A DNA stretch of 64,000 nt from Moniliella sp. 'wahieum' (taxonomy: Eukaryota), in the NCBI GenBank assembly GCA_003971905.1, contig RSEE01000093.1, positions 124,001 through 188,000 on the forward strand. Direction: 5' to 3'. The first letter of the stretch is position 1, and each line of letters opens with the position of its first letter. Below are positions 28,294-39,995 of this stretch, piece after piece. Under the pieces are notes generated by a model. That model was given only the letters and a program-made list of their open reading frames with translations. It was not told the origin of the DNA and did not search any database. The position numbers and the translations under genes are program-made.

Positions 28294-29003
28294 GATTTGC
28301 CCGTTCGCTCGCGCCCAACCAACCTCCCGTTCTTTCTCTACTCCTTCAAACCGTCGACCCTCCCAGTTTCACCTACGCTTAGCCGTATCCTCTGATGGTT
28401 GCGACTGGCACCGCCACCCCGCCCTTTGGCTGGGTGGTATGAACCCTAAGTTCGTTTCCTCTGCTCTTTTCACATTCCCATTCCCATTCCTTTTCTGTTC
28501 ATATTGGTCCGATGCCCAGCGGCCAAGAGCGCTGGTCAGCGCGATGGCCGAGGGTGCGGGCAGGACAACGTTTCTGTTGATTTTTGCTTGTCTGGGAACA
28601 AAACCGGGGCGCATGGGGCTACTGCCTGGTCGACCCGTGTGCGCCGCACTTGGACAAAATGAGCATGCTTCTATCACCAAGCGGCGCGGTGTTTGGGGTG
28701 GATGGGGGCCAACACAGGCACACATAGGCTGGCGTGAATGGCCTCGTAGACTGGCGGCTATTCCGATTCGGATTGGATGGGGGCAAATCCGCGCAGGGCT
28801 GTCGCGAATATAGAGGGGCAGCGACACAATGCCGGTCAGTGTAGCTAATAGGAAACAGCGATATTCACGAGGCGGCGGTTGCTCGGTGTGGCTCTGGTTG
28901 CGGCGGCGGTGGGTGGGGCAGATTCAGCCACACTGGCTCCCGTCGTATAAAGCTAAGCTAAGCTCCTGCCGTGGGGCGCCGCGCCCGGTGGGCTGAAGGG
29001 GCG

Positions 29004-32000
29004 CATGCACGCTTTGCCTCGCCTCCTTCCTCGCCCTCTTCATCCCCATCCTCGCCCTGGCCAGACGCCCGCCCCCATCCTCTCTCTCCCGCCCCCACCC
29101 CCATGCCGCCCCAAGCTGCCCCGCCGCGCCGCCATCTCCCCCGACAACACAGTCTCTGGTGCGCGCCGTCGCGTCTCTTCCATCGCATCAGCCAATCCTC
29201 GCCCACACCCCCCACAGCCGCTCCGCCCACCAATCCACCAAAACCCCCCAATCGCCTCGACCCTCCCGCACCCAGCAAGCCCCCAGCCGCCTCACGCAAA
29301 AGCCACGGTGCGCCATCGCTTTCCGTCCGCTGCGCCAGCGCCTGCCCCGGCCGCGGAACCGTCATTGTCACACACCAAGAACCTCGGTACACAGACCCCT
29401 CCAGCGAGCCCTACCGCTTCTCACAGCGCTCGCTCTCACGCGACAAAGGGCACGCCGCCTTTCACCAAAGGCAAATCAACTGCTTCCAGCAATGGGTCCC
29501 TCCATTCGCCGTCTCCGCCAAATCCAAGCAACCACCGCCGTTTTCTGCCGTGCCAACGGCGCCCCACCACCCCGTCTCATGCGCCAAAGCCACTTTCGGC
29601 GGGCCGGTCCCCTCCCCACGTATCTGGCAAGTCGGCATTCAGCCATTCCCCAGCATCTTCTGTGCTACGCCCTGCTGTTCCCCCTTCCTCGCGGCCTCTA
29701 TGCCCCGATGCCAAGATTGGGATTGATTGGTACCAACCCTCTGCTCAAAAGGCTGTTCGCAACGGCGGGATTCCCGCATCGTCGTCTTTTTTGACATCGA
29801 CAATACGCTGTACAGCCGGCGTACAGAACCGATTATTGCGGGGTGTTAAAGGAGCGCGTCCACTCGTATCTTGCCGTCGGCCAACCTTCCAGCGAAGCAG
29901 GTGGCGAACATTCAGAAACGTTATCATCTCGATTATGGCCTCACCATCCGCGATCTCCCTATGGACCTACTCGAGTTTGATGCGCGTTGCGATGCGCCTC
30001 TCCCGCTGGAGGACATCCTCTCTCCGGACCCGCTGATCCAAGATCTACTCGGTAGTCTTGATCGGAGTAAATGCCGAGTGGTAGCGTTGACCAACTCGTA
30101 CAAGTTCCATGCTGCACGAGTGCTCTCCATCTCGGTATCAAGCACTTTTTGAGGCGTGTGTCTTCTGTGACTACACCTCAGAACACTTTGTGTGCAAACC
30201 GGAAGAGGCGTATTACTTGGCTGTAAGTCTTATTGTCCTCTCTGCTCATCATAGTGAAGCTGACACTCGCTCTCGTGCTTACCCCCTCTGCCCCCACAGG
30301 CCATGGACGCCGTAGGAGTGAACGACGCTAGCAAGTGTTTCTTTGTTGATGACTCGATCGACAATGTCCAGGCTGCCAAGAAACTGGGATGGCAGTCCTG
30401 CATCTTGTTCGATGAGCCTCGATTTGATTCAAATGGCCAAGATGCAGATGGCCAAGTGGTCAAAGTCAACGGTGTAAACCCGATGGCTGTCGCGCCCCTC
30501 ACGAACGATAGTACCGGTACCTCAATGATGCCCCTCTTGGCTGGCATGACTGGTCCAGTTGAACGAGGCGGCGATCCAGAACGAGTTTGTCAAGCTGCCC
30601 CATGCCACTCGGATCCGGCTGATTGACGTTCTGTTTGGCGCTTGCACCCAAGCCGAGCTGATTGTCTTGTCGAGGTCTCTGAATGCTCGTGTTCGCAGCT
30701 CGCGAGATGCCATCACGGTCTATCGCAACCAGTGCATTTGCATATTTTTGGGTATCTTGACGTGCCAGACCTGCTGCGCTGCGGCAGGTGTGCACCAAGT
30801 GGGACGGGTGTCACGAACGCCCTCGTTGTGGAAGCGGCAAGCACTTCGTTTGACATGGGGTGACCCCGTACCGATCGTTCCACCCGAGGATGAGAGGGAA
30901 TGGGAAGAGTTGGTCAAGGGGCTGTTTTGGCGGAGCGAAACTGGGCCCAGGGGCTGGCCCAGACGATTGACTTCTTCCATGGCCACACGGGCTATGTGAC
31001 AGCATCAAGATCAAGGGCCGCACCACCCTGTAACGGGCTCCTACGACGAGACGGTACGAGTATGGGATTTGCGCACGGGCAAGTGCACCAAGGTGCTCAA
31101 GGCCAAAGCGATCATCTGTCTCGACTTTTTGCCCGACGACAACATCCTCTGTGCGGATTGTACGACACGGGAAGGTGATGGTCTGGAACATGAAGAATTG
31201 GGAGCTGATTCAGACGCTCAACGGGCACAACAAGGGCATCCGTAACGTGGCACTGAGTAGTGACTATCTCATCAGTTGTGGACAGGACAAGGCATTGTCG
31301 TCTGGGATTGGAAGTCTGGGACAAAGATTGTTCGTCTGGGCCAGCAGAGCAATGTGAGCCTCGGTGTTTCTATCGTTGACGAAACGAAGATTGTCGCTGT
31401 GACGGTGGATGGGGTTATTCGTACCTTCTCCATCCCCAATGCTTGTATGATCCAGCAGTTTGACCTTCACAAGCTTGGTGGTCCATCCACCATGGGGGAA
31501 AGCCATGCTCCAATGGTTTCACTCCAGTTCCAAGACGATCACGGTTGCCTCCAAGCAGACGGTCGTTCACCTCCAATGGCAAGAGCATTTTGTTCCCGTT
31601 GAAGAATACATCCCACCGTCCGAGATTCGCAAGATTGTATCAGCCCGCTCTGCATCCTCCGCAGCCAGTTCCATTCGATCCCGAAAAGATTCGATTCGTT
31701 CCTCTCCCGCGCGCCAAGCAGCATGAGCTCACGTCCTCCCGGTCCCTAGCAGTCTAAGCATTCACCACCCTGCGCCTTCCTCCAGTTCTACCTCATCGGC
31801 TGCAAGCCCTATCCGCTCCCGGAAAGATTCGACACGTTCGATTTCTCGTGCACCAAGCAGCATGAGCCTCGCGTCTTCACGGTCCCCTAGTAGCCTCAGC
31901 ACACACCACCCTGCACCTTCCAACACATCCTCGATCCCTTCATCCCAGGGCAGTTTACGCATTCGCTCTGATTCGACGTCAGCACCACGTCTCGGTGGTA

Positions 32001-33136
32001 GTACCGTAACAGTCACTCCAAGTCGACGCACAAGCATTTCGCGGCCCAACACCGCAAGTCGGCTTCACAGAGTACCCCTCTGCACCTACGTCCGAGCCGC
32101 ATGCGGCGTCTTTCCTCTACATCATCTTTGGGGCGAGGTCGCCGCCGTCGTCAGGGAAAGAAATGCATAACCTCACAAGATCGGCGTCGGAATCGACCTT
32201 TCCCTCTGCACTCAACGCTAACAGCCCTTCAAATCCAGGTTGCGGTTCTCCCTCACTCGGGTGACGTCCCGTCGCACATCGGCTGTACTTCACCGTCACA
32301 AGTTGCAGACCCACACCCTCGCTGCCCCGCACGAGGAAGAAGAGTCGACGGATGACTTTGACAACAGCACTGACAGCTTTTCTGTGGGGCCCACTCCAAT
32401 GTGGCTGTCTGATCAACATCGGCTGTTTCTCAGTCGGAGGAGTCAGTTAATGTGCTGGGGGAGAAACACAGCAGGTGTACACTGGGCCATGCGCTATGCT
32501 GCCAACCTTGGTGCTCCACCCAAAGTGGTCGAAGTTCTTCATTCACCCGACATGGCTACCGGCGCAGTGGATGCAGCCAAGCAGCGCATCGTGTGCAGTA
32601 CGTTTAGTTCCCGCGCCGGTTCCGACCGACGCCTGTATGTGAGCACATACCATACCCGTGACCCCTCACTCGATGAGGAGAGGGACAACACTATACCCAA
32701 TGAAGACGACCCGTCTCTGGCTCCATCTGTGGACTCAGCCCCACCCGCTGATTGGGCCACTGGCAAGTTTGTCCCCATTACAGGGGCTTGGACAGCGCGT
32801 GAAGCCGAGCTGCAAGCACGTTCGCCCGACCCCTAGCCATGGTGGTGACCATGAGAGTATCGTGGTGGGCTGCCACGATGGCACTCTTTACCGTATCGGT
32901 TTTGTCGGCGATTCGTATCGGCCACTTCGACATGAGAAGAGGGCGAGGCTGAGGAAGGAGAGGGTGACTCTGGCCGGCCTCGAAAGATGGAAGGGGCCGA
33001 TTATGTTATTGACGACATTTCCATGTTGAGAGAGACGTGGGGCGGGATCATGCTCCCTCCCGATGCATCCCTCGATCATCACGGTCCCCCCCCTCCTTCA
33101 GCTCAAGATCACTGGGCTCCTCTTGGGCTCAAATAA
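29004..33136 (+). CDS. Apparent fusion protein: Pro/Ser-rich N-terminus + Sdt1-type HAD pyrimidine 5'-nucleotidase + F-box + WD40 repeats
   Basis: HAD motifs FFDIDNTLY (~29787), LTNS, CKP, intron 30223-30299, FVDDS..N..AA..LGW. With no intergenic gap, this is followed by LHIFGYLDVPDLLRC..W..LWK (F-box), ERNW..GHTGYVT, TGSYDETVRVWD, LNGHNKGIR, SCGQDK..VWDW, and C-terminal IVVGCHDGTLY. Confidence 0.75.
31654..31930 (+). repeat. Diverged ~140-bp intragenic tandem duplication (2 copies)
   Basis: Both copies contain tccc.gaaagattcga..cgttc, ccaagcagcatgagc, cggtccc(c)tag and caccaccctgc.ccttcc. They encode SSAAS.IRSRKDS.RS..RAPSSMS..SSRSPSSLS.HHPAPS. Confidence 0.85.
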
Positions 33137-33777
33137 TTCTTTCGTTGTACCTCTTCTAGCATTATTCATTCCCTCTTTTTCGTCTGCTGTGGCATGATCT
33201 CGTTAAACTCCCTGTGGCTCACTGTGACGACTTACCCTACTTGTATACGGGTCCAAAAAACAGATTGAACCTTTGTTTTTGTTGTGGTCTGATGGGCAGA
33301 AGAGCGCGGTAGACATCATTGATGTTGGCCGTGGCCCCCTGCCCCCATCAGATGGCACCGACTTGTCAAGAGAGCAGGGTAGGTGATCACATTAGCGCCG
33401 ACGAGACAAAGCGGGGCCGGAGCGGGGTCTGGCTTGGGGGCCTTGTGGGAACGCAGTGGAGAGAAGGCAGCAAGGGCCGCCGAAGCGAACAGAGCAACGC
33501 GCAATAACGGTAGGAGGCGAAACAACCTGGAGGAAAGTGAAAGTTAAAATACCTGCGTGGCGCACAGGCAGTGTAGCCTCGCTGGCACGCGTGCGGGCGT
33601 GCAATTGTGAAAGTTTGAACGCGGGCACTCGGGAAGCGGAAGCGGAGACGCGCAGGACCGACACGTACAGGCCGGTGGCTGCGGAGGCGCGTCGAGCAAA
33701 TCGCGGGTCTCCTTGCCAAGTCCAACGCCGGCGACGCCCAGCCTCTGCTCCACCACTTGCTCACCCGCCTCCTCGTC

Positions 33778-35292
33778 ATGTCCAACAACTACTTTACCCA
33801 GCCAACGCAGGACGTCGAGATGGCAGAGGCTGATGCCCATGACGACAGCGGCCGTCTGAACTCATGAAAACGGCCCAGGTCACCGTCAAGGAAAGCATTG
33901 CGCGTCGAAAGGAGTTAAAGGACAATGAAGAGGAAGTGAGTACCCGCCCCCCTGTTTGCCGCACAGCCTCTTATTTAGCCCTGTATGTGTCACCCCCTGA
34001 CCTTTGCCTTGTCCCTTGGACAGAAACTCAAAAACTGGGTGCGTGGCTTTTGCCGCCTGGCTCTCTTCTGCGAGAACCGCCGACTTCCCGTTCGGCGCGA
34101 AGACGTAACCAAAAAGAGTACGCTGTCCTGCACCCTTGTGCTTCCTCCTTGTCTTACCATCTTCTCTTTTCCCAGTATTCAATGGCGACAAAACAGCAAT
34201 CCGCATATTCCCGGCTATTTTTCGCCAAGTCCAGCGTCAGCTCCGCAAGACATTTGCCATGGAGCTTGTGCCTCTGCGGCCACGCGGCCAAGAAAACGAA
34301 GCATTGCTGCAACAGAAGCGAGAGCTCCAAGCTACTCAGAATGGTTCCGCAGCTACTAAGAAAGATGAACCCAGTCCTGGTGTGTGCTATCATTCCACTG
34401 CTTTCCCGGATGGGTTCTGTCATACTGACGCTCCTGCGCTTTAGACACTTCCAAGGCATGGGTTCTTCGCAGCGTGCTGCCTCCGCAGATGCGCAAGGAG
34501 ATGATGGTGGCTGCGCGTCGCCTTGCTCGTGAGGTGGGCCCCAGCATGAGGAGCACAAGGCTTTGAGCCAAGTGCGGCCTGGGGACCCCAGGGTTTGATG
34601 GTCGACTGGCAGAAGTACGATGCCCAACTGGGAAGCATGGGCCTCCTCTACATCGTTCTTGGCCATTCTCTTGTCTGGCCGAGAGCTGCCTGATGGTGAG
34701 TGCCTGTCGCCGTTGTGGTTGAAGTTGCGCAGAAACTAACAGTCTTGATTTCAGGCAAACTACGTGCCTATCTCTCCCGCCTTGGCCTTACTGCCAGCTC
34801 GATCCTACCCCGCGCTTGCGCCCCGACGATACATACCCTCCTGGGAAGCCTGCTACCGAACAGAGCAGCTTGCCCGCCGCCAACCGACCAGAGCCCGCAC
34901 ACGGTCAATGACTGGCTGGAGGTTCTTACCAAACAGCAATACTTGGAAGTGGAAAACAAGAAGGCCACCATCACGGGCCAGAGGCAGCGGCGTACGCACA
35001 CGAACCGCAAGACGCGCTCAGGTGACGATGGGGCCAGGAGGAGGTGGACTTGGTGTGGAAGTGGGGCGGGCGGGCCGAGGCAGAGGTTGGGGAGGAGGCA
35101 GCCGCCAACTTTATCGCTGAGATCATGGAGGATGGCGTTGAGGCCACAGCCACCCAAGAAGATGAACCCTTGGCGCCCGGCCAGCGGCGCCGGCGCAACC
35201 ATCGTGCGACGCAGGCCGAACCGCAGGTGTCGTTGCACGATAGTCTTATGACGAGTGTCGAGCGGGCTGTGGGCTCCCAGTTTGTTAATTGA
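33778..35292 (+). CDS. NSE3: MAGE-domain Smc5/6 subunit Nse3-like
   Basis: RLALFCENRRLPVRREDVTKK; F..VQRQLRKTFAMELVPL; SKAWVLRSVL; GLLYIVLAIL; L.KQQYL; WKWGGRAEAEVGE. Four plausible introns (~33936, ~34118, ~34380, ~34696). Confidence 0.85.
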
Positions 35293-35882
35293 GTTCGGCT
35301 CTCGCTGCTTCACCATTCCTTCACTTTCGCCGCATGTCGGTACCTACACCTGCAAGACCCTTCTTATTGATTCGGGGGGGCATTGGGGCGATGAACGAGA
35401 GAAGGTAGCAGAAGTACCAAGTAGGTGAATTGGCTAGATTGTGATGAACTGGGAACGCGGGGGATGCACTCTCGTTCAATCATAGTTCGCAAACGAAGCT
35501 TGTCTCTTGAGAACCACGTTACCGCTTTCGGAGCCGTCACCTTCGCGCCTTCGGGCCTTGCGATCCAGGGACCCGGGGAGATTAGGGATGTCCATTCGCC
35601 TGTTGCCAGCGCTGAGCTCCCCTTCCACAGACCCCGTGAGTGTGTGCAGCAAAGAAAGTGTGTCCAAGTTATTGGCGAACTTAACGTGCCGCTTTCCATG
35701 TCGCCTAAGAGGATATCGCACGTCGCGTCACGTGACGCGATACGGACTGTGCAGGGATCGATGAGCGGAAACCCGTTTCTCAATTTAAATTTTGGGCGGA
35801 ATCCCTCCTGGCCAGTCTTTTTTTTCTGGCGCCTGGGTGAGAGCAGGCGGACCACAGCTCCTTCTCTGCTACTACACGCAAC

Positions 35883-37748
35883 ATGGCCGAGTCCGACCTG
35901 GTCCATCCCGTCCCCGCCATGGACGCAGATACTGCAGCACCCCGAAAACGGAGGAGGGTTGATACTGATTCTCGCCTCGCTCCGACGTTGTCTTGGACCA
36001 GTCCGAGCCCCAGTCCGAGCCAGCACCCCCTGAGCTGGAAGGGGAAGGACATCTCACTCCCCAAGACGCACCTGCATTGACCCGGCTTCGTCGTGCTCAG
36101 GCGGTAGATCTGCATGATCCACTAAAGCCATTTCTTCTTCGGTCCCAGGGCCTTCCATCGGGCTTGCTCAACCTCTCCGTGCCCAGATGAGCCAAGGCGC
36201 CCCTCTTGTCTCTGAGGATGGGCACGCACAACTCATTTCGGCCCCGACACGAGCCGGCTGGAGAAGATGGGGATCAGCGTTTGTTTGCAGTACAAGCCAG
36301 TGTGGTTCGCATGCTCAAGGACACTAGTACTGGCCTTTACCCTAGCCCGCCCCAAGAGACTTCTCGTGGCTAGCCCCACAGGAAGTGGCAAAACGTTGGC
36401 CTATGCTATTCCGCTTGTGGACGCCTTGAGCCAACGCATCATTCCTCGTCTAAGGGCGATCATTGTACTTCCAACTAAGGACTTGGTCGCCCAAGTGGCC
36501 CAAGTACTCAGCCAGGTGCCGGTGATGCACTGAAGATTCAGGTCGCCGGCCATCAGCAGCGTCGGCATGACAAGTCCAACGTCGAAGAGGCAAATTGGCT
36601 CGACGAAACTGATCCTTTCCTCCCCCGTACCTTGTCACGCATTCAAAGTGACACTGATATTTTGGTTGGCACCCCGCTTCTCGTATTGGAGGCCATTCGA
36701 GCCCGTGCCGAAGCAGACCCTTCATGCAGTCCCCTGCAACACCTTCGCTTCCTGATCCTTGACGAGGCGGATCGAATTTTGGGCGACTCGGGTGCATCAT
36801 CCATGCACCACTGGATGACACCCTTGGTTGAAATGCTCGAACCTCCTGCCTTGGACGTGGTACCAGACGTCTCTCTTCCCCTGACCGGTTCGATGCCGGC
36901 AATGGCACCGGCCTGGTTGGAGCAGCGCAATGGTCTCTCGCCATTCGGATGATAAGGCTGGGCCCGATGCCAGTGTATCGTCATTTGCTTCCCGTTCTTC
37001 TTCTTGCTGCCAAAAGCTGCTCTTCTCCGCCACTTTGACTCGAGACCCAGCTCGTGTGGCGGCTCTCCGGCTTCGCAACCCCATGTATCTCTCCATCCGC
37101 CCTGACGGTGCCGTGGTGGAAGATGAGACGACAACCAGATGCGTTTGCGATTCCTGATACGTTGCGGGAAGCCTACGTTCCCACAACGGGAGGTGACAAA
37201 CCTTTGGTGCTTTATTCGTTGCTCACCGGCCTCATCCCTCGGAATGGTCAACGTCTCTCCGCAACGCTGTGCTTTACCAAATCCGTCGAGTCGGCAGCTC
37301 GACTGGCTCAGTTGTTGCAATTAATCGACGAACAGACGCGGGCGGAACAACCATTGCAAGTGGCCCATTTGACTGCCAGCATACCTGCTGCTCAACGCAA
37401 AGCGCTTCTTACCTCATTTGAAGCTGGGAAGGTGGACGTGCTGGTTTGCTCCGACGTGTTGGCGCGTGGATTGGACTTGCCGAACACGAAGCAAGTAGTT
37501 TCGTACGATGCACCGGTCGACTTGCGGAAGTATGTTCATCGGATTGGTCGCACAGCACGCGCAGGGCGAGAGGGGAAAGCGTACACATTGCTGGAGCCGC
37601 AGGAGGTGTACCCATTCCGTCGCATGCGTAGTGCCGCACCCCGATCAACCGACGTGGCTCACATTCGCGTCCCCGAGGCCCAATTGAGCCCGTGCGCGAC
37701 GCGTACGATGACGCATTGGCTCAATTGGGCGAGCGCTATGGAGCTTGA
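35883..37748 (+). CDS. DBP6: DEAD-box RNA helicase Dbp6/DDX51
   Basis: SPTGSGKTLAYAIP; RLRAIIVLPTKDLVAQV; LDEADRIL; QKLLFSATLTRDP; LCFTKSVESAARL; VCSDVLARGLD; YVHRIGRTARAGREG. Confidence 0.92.
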
Positions 37749-38442
37749 AGCTGTAATGGAAGTCTCTGTGTCGCCCTGTTTTGTCTTTCGATATCTGTCC
37801 CGTCAGGTCCCAAAACTGTAGTTGCGGAGGGAGATGAGGCCTGAGGCTGAGGCTGAGGCCTGAGGGAAAATCAAAGAGTTATTGAGCCGATTGGGTTTTG
37901 ATGACAAAATGTGTTGTGCCTGAAGACAAGCGTTGAGATCATTGAGAACGTTGCACGTTGAGGTTTGAGAAGACACTCAGGATGTTCGAATGTGCATGGT
38001 ACTGATACTAGTAACAAAGTCATCGTTGTTTGTATTCTTGAGTCTGCCCCATTGCCTTCATCTTTCGCTTTCTCTATTGCCGACTTCCCCGCTTTCATGT
38101 CCCTTCCTCTTCCCCCTTTTCTCTCCACAAGGAGTTAGTTCTTCTTCCCGTCCTCACCTCTGTTTTACAAACTCACTGTGGGTAAAACATATCTACTAAT
38201 ACTTGATGCTTACGAAGGCGACGAGAGGGATGCGGCAAGAACGCCAAGTAGCAGGGACGCACACTCGATGGCTGTTCTTTCCTTCTGGTCATGGCCACCA
38301 TGACGATACGGACGAGGTACTGTGTTATCAATACTGCCAACAAAACAAGATGCTTTTAGCACTACACTGTACCAAACTTTCTCAATAATGACTAGTTGTA
38401 GAGATGGATTCTCAGATCCCACTCTCATACTGTAATCATCAA

Positions 38443-38540
38443 CCATTTTGACAGAGCTTAAGGCTGGGACGGAGAAACGCTGGGCCTAAACCGATCCGTT
38501 CATCCGGCGTGTGTGGCTTGTTAGCGCCAACCCTGTTTAA
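38443..38540 (-). repeat. Dispersed diverged repeat, copy B (homologue at 21561-21665)
   Basis: Reverse complement reads GATGAACGGatcGGTTTAGgcccAGCGTTtctccGTCCCAGCCTTAAGcTCTGtCAAAATGG. Confidence 0.7.
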
Positions 38541-39119
38541 GGAACCAGGGAATCGCCAGGAGATCAGTACCTCTGGTGCCCGCCACCCGTTCCTATATAC
38601 CCGAGGAAGAGACATCCGAGCGGTGAACCATCTCCATTGAATATTGAGACTCTCTAGTAGTCAATTCCTTCCGGTTCCCAAGCATCTTTTGCCCGCTGTC
38701 ATGGTGGCAGTGTCCTCGCGTCGGCAAAACCAAGAGGAAACGGTTCTCGTGGGTGCGCCCGGTACATGGCGTCCTTGTCGCATTCTGTTTGTTCCAGCGG
38801 CCGAAAGCAGCCTGTCTCATACTATTTCTACCACCTCCTCAGCGCTCAGCCACAGTGAACTATTTTCCTAATTGAAGTGCCCGTCGCCCACCCCCCAGGG
38901 GACTGACGCAAACTCGTATATCCACTCAGACATCATATACCCCCGCGATTTGATGAAAGTGAATGGAGCGCGCCAATAGAGGGCCTGACCTGCTGATGGC
39001 TTTTCTGGTTTCCTAGTGGTGTCAAGAAGCAGCACTCTGGAACACGTCGATGATCAGCCTTCGGTCTCCTCGTAATGCGTAACGTTTCTTATTTGGTACC
39101 AGTTACCATATACCACAGC

Positions 39120-39995
39120 CGCCTTAAAGCTTAAAGCTTAAGGCGCTTAAGCTCTGAAAATGATATGGTGAGGCCGAGGACAGTAGGTACTAAATGTTGT
39201 AGTGACTAATACGATGATACGAACTATATTTTGTAACTACTACATCAGTCAAGTTAGTCACTAGTCATAGCAACCAATGTGGTGTACATGGCCCCGCGGA
39301 CTTTTGTATGCAGATGTCGAACTTCTTGGCGGCAGAAACCACAGAGGCGTGTTACGTCAGTGACAAAATCAGACCATTGGCTACTTTAATTATCTTCCGG
39401 CTTCACTACTAGGTACTAGTCACTATAGGTTGGTGTACTAGCCCTCCTAACCCTGTGGGTCATACCTTCCTGATGCGTCCTGAAAACTGCTCGGGGTCGT
39501 CTGGCATGCTGCATGCACGTTGCACCCAGATATCAAAAGTCTTGGAATGATAGCACAAGGAAAAAAAGTGTCGCAACGAATTTAACGGCATTATGGGGGG
39601 CGGTTAATCCATGTCACATGTCAAAGTCCTCCATAGGACGGCATCGGGTTGCAGACAGAGCATTTGAAATGCGGGCATACTCGATACCCTCTGCTATCAA
39701 CGCGGGTCACATACTCATGTACTCGTAGAAGAGCTTAGTGCTTCGCAGATCATCGATCATCGATCATAGTAGTAGCACTACTCACATGTCTCACATGTCA
39801 CAGTATTAGGTACTCAGGCGGAGTCTCGCTTGTGTTTCCCCGCACTGCACTCTCCCTCTGTCGGGCATTAACGCGTAACGCATTAATTTGAACGTTCAAC
39901 GTTCAACGACGCACTTAAAAACGTTAACGTGCTTAACGTTTAACGATTTACACTTATCGATGATCGATGATCGATTATCGAACATGCATGATGCA
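39120..39995. repeat. Dense cluster of 7-bp-period TNA-palindrome-TNA micro-repeats
   Basis: TAA-AGCT-TAA-AGCT-TAA, TCA-CTAG-TCA, TCA-CATG-TCA, TCA-TCGA-TCA-TCGA-TCA, TAA-CGCG-TAA, TGA-ACGT-TCA-ACGT-TCA, TTA-TCGA-TGA-TCGA-TGA-TCGA-TTA. Confidence 0.85.

Noticed and set aside
39445..39454. CCTAACCCT as a possible telomerase RNA template
   Set aside because: A 9-nt match to some permutation of the telomere repeat is expected by chance in 64 kb, and no supporting pseudoknot or other TER element was seen.
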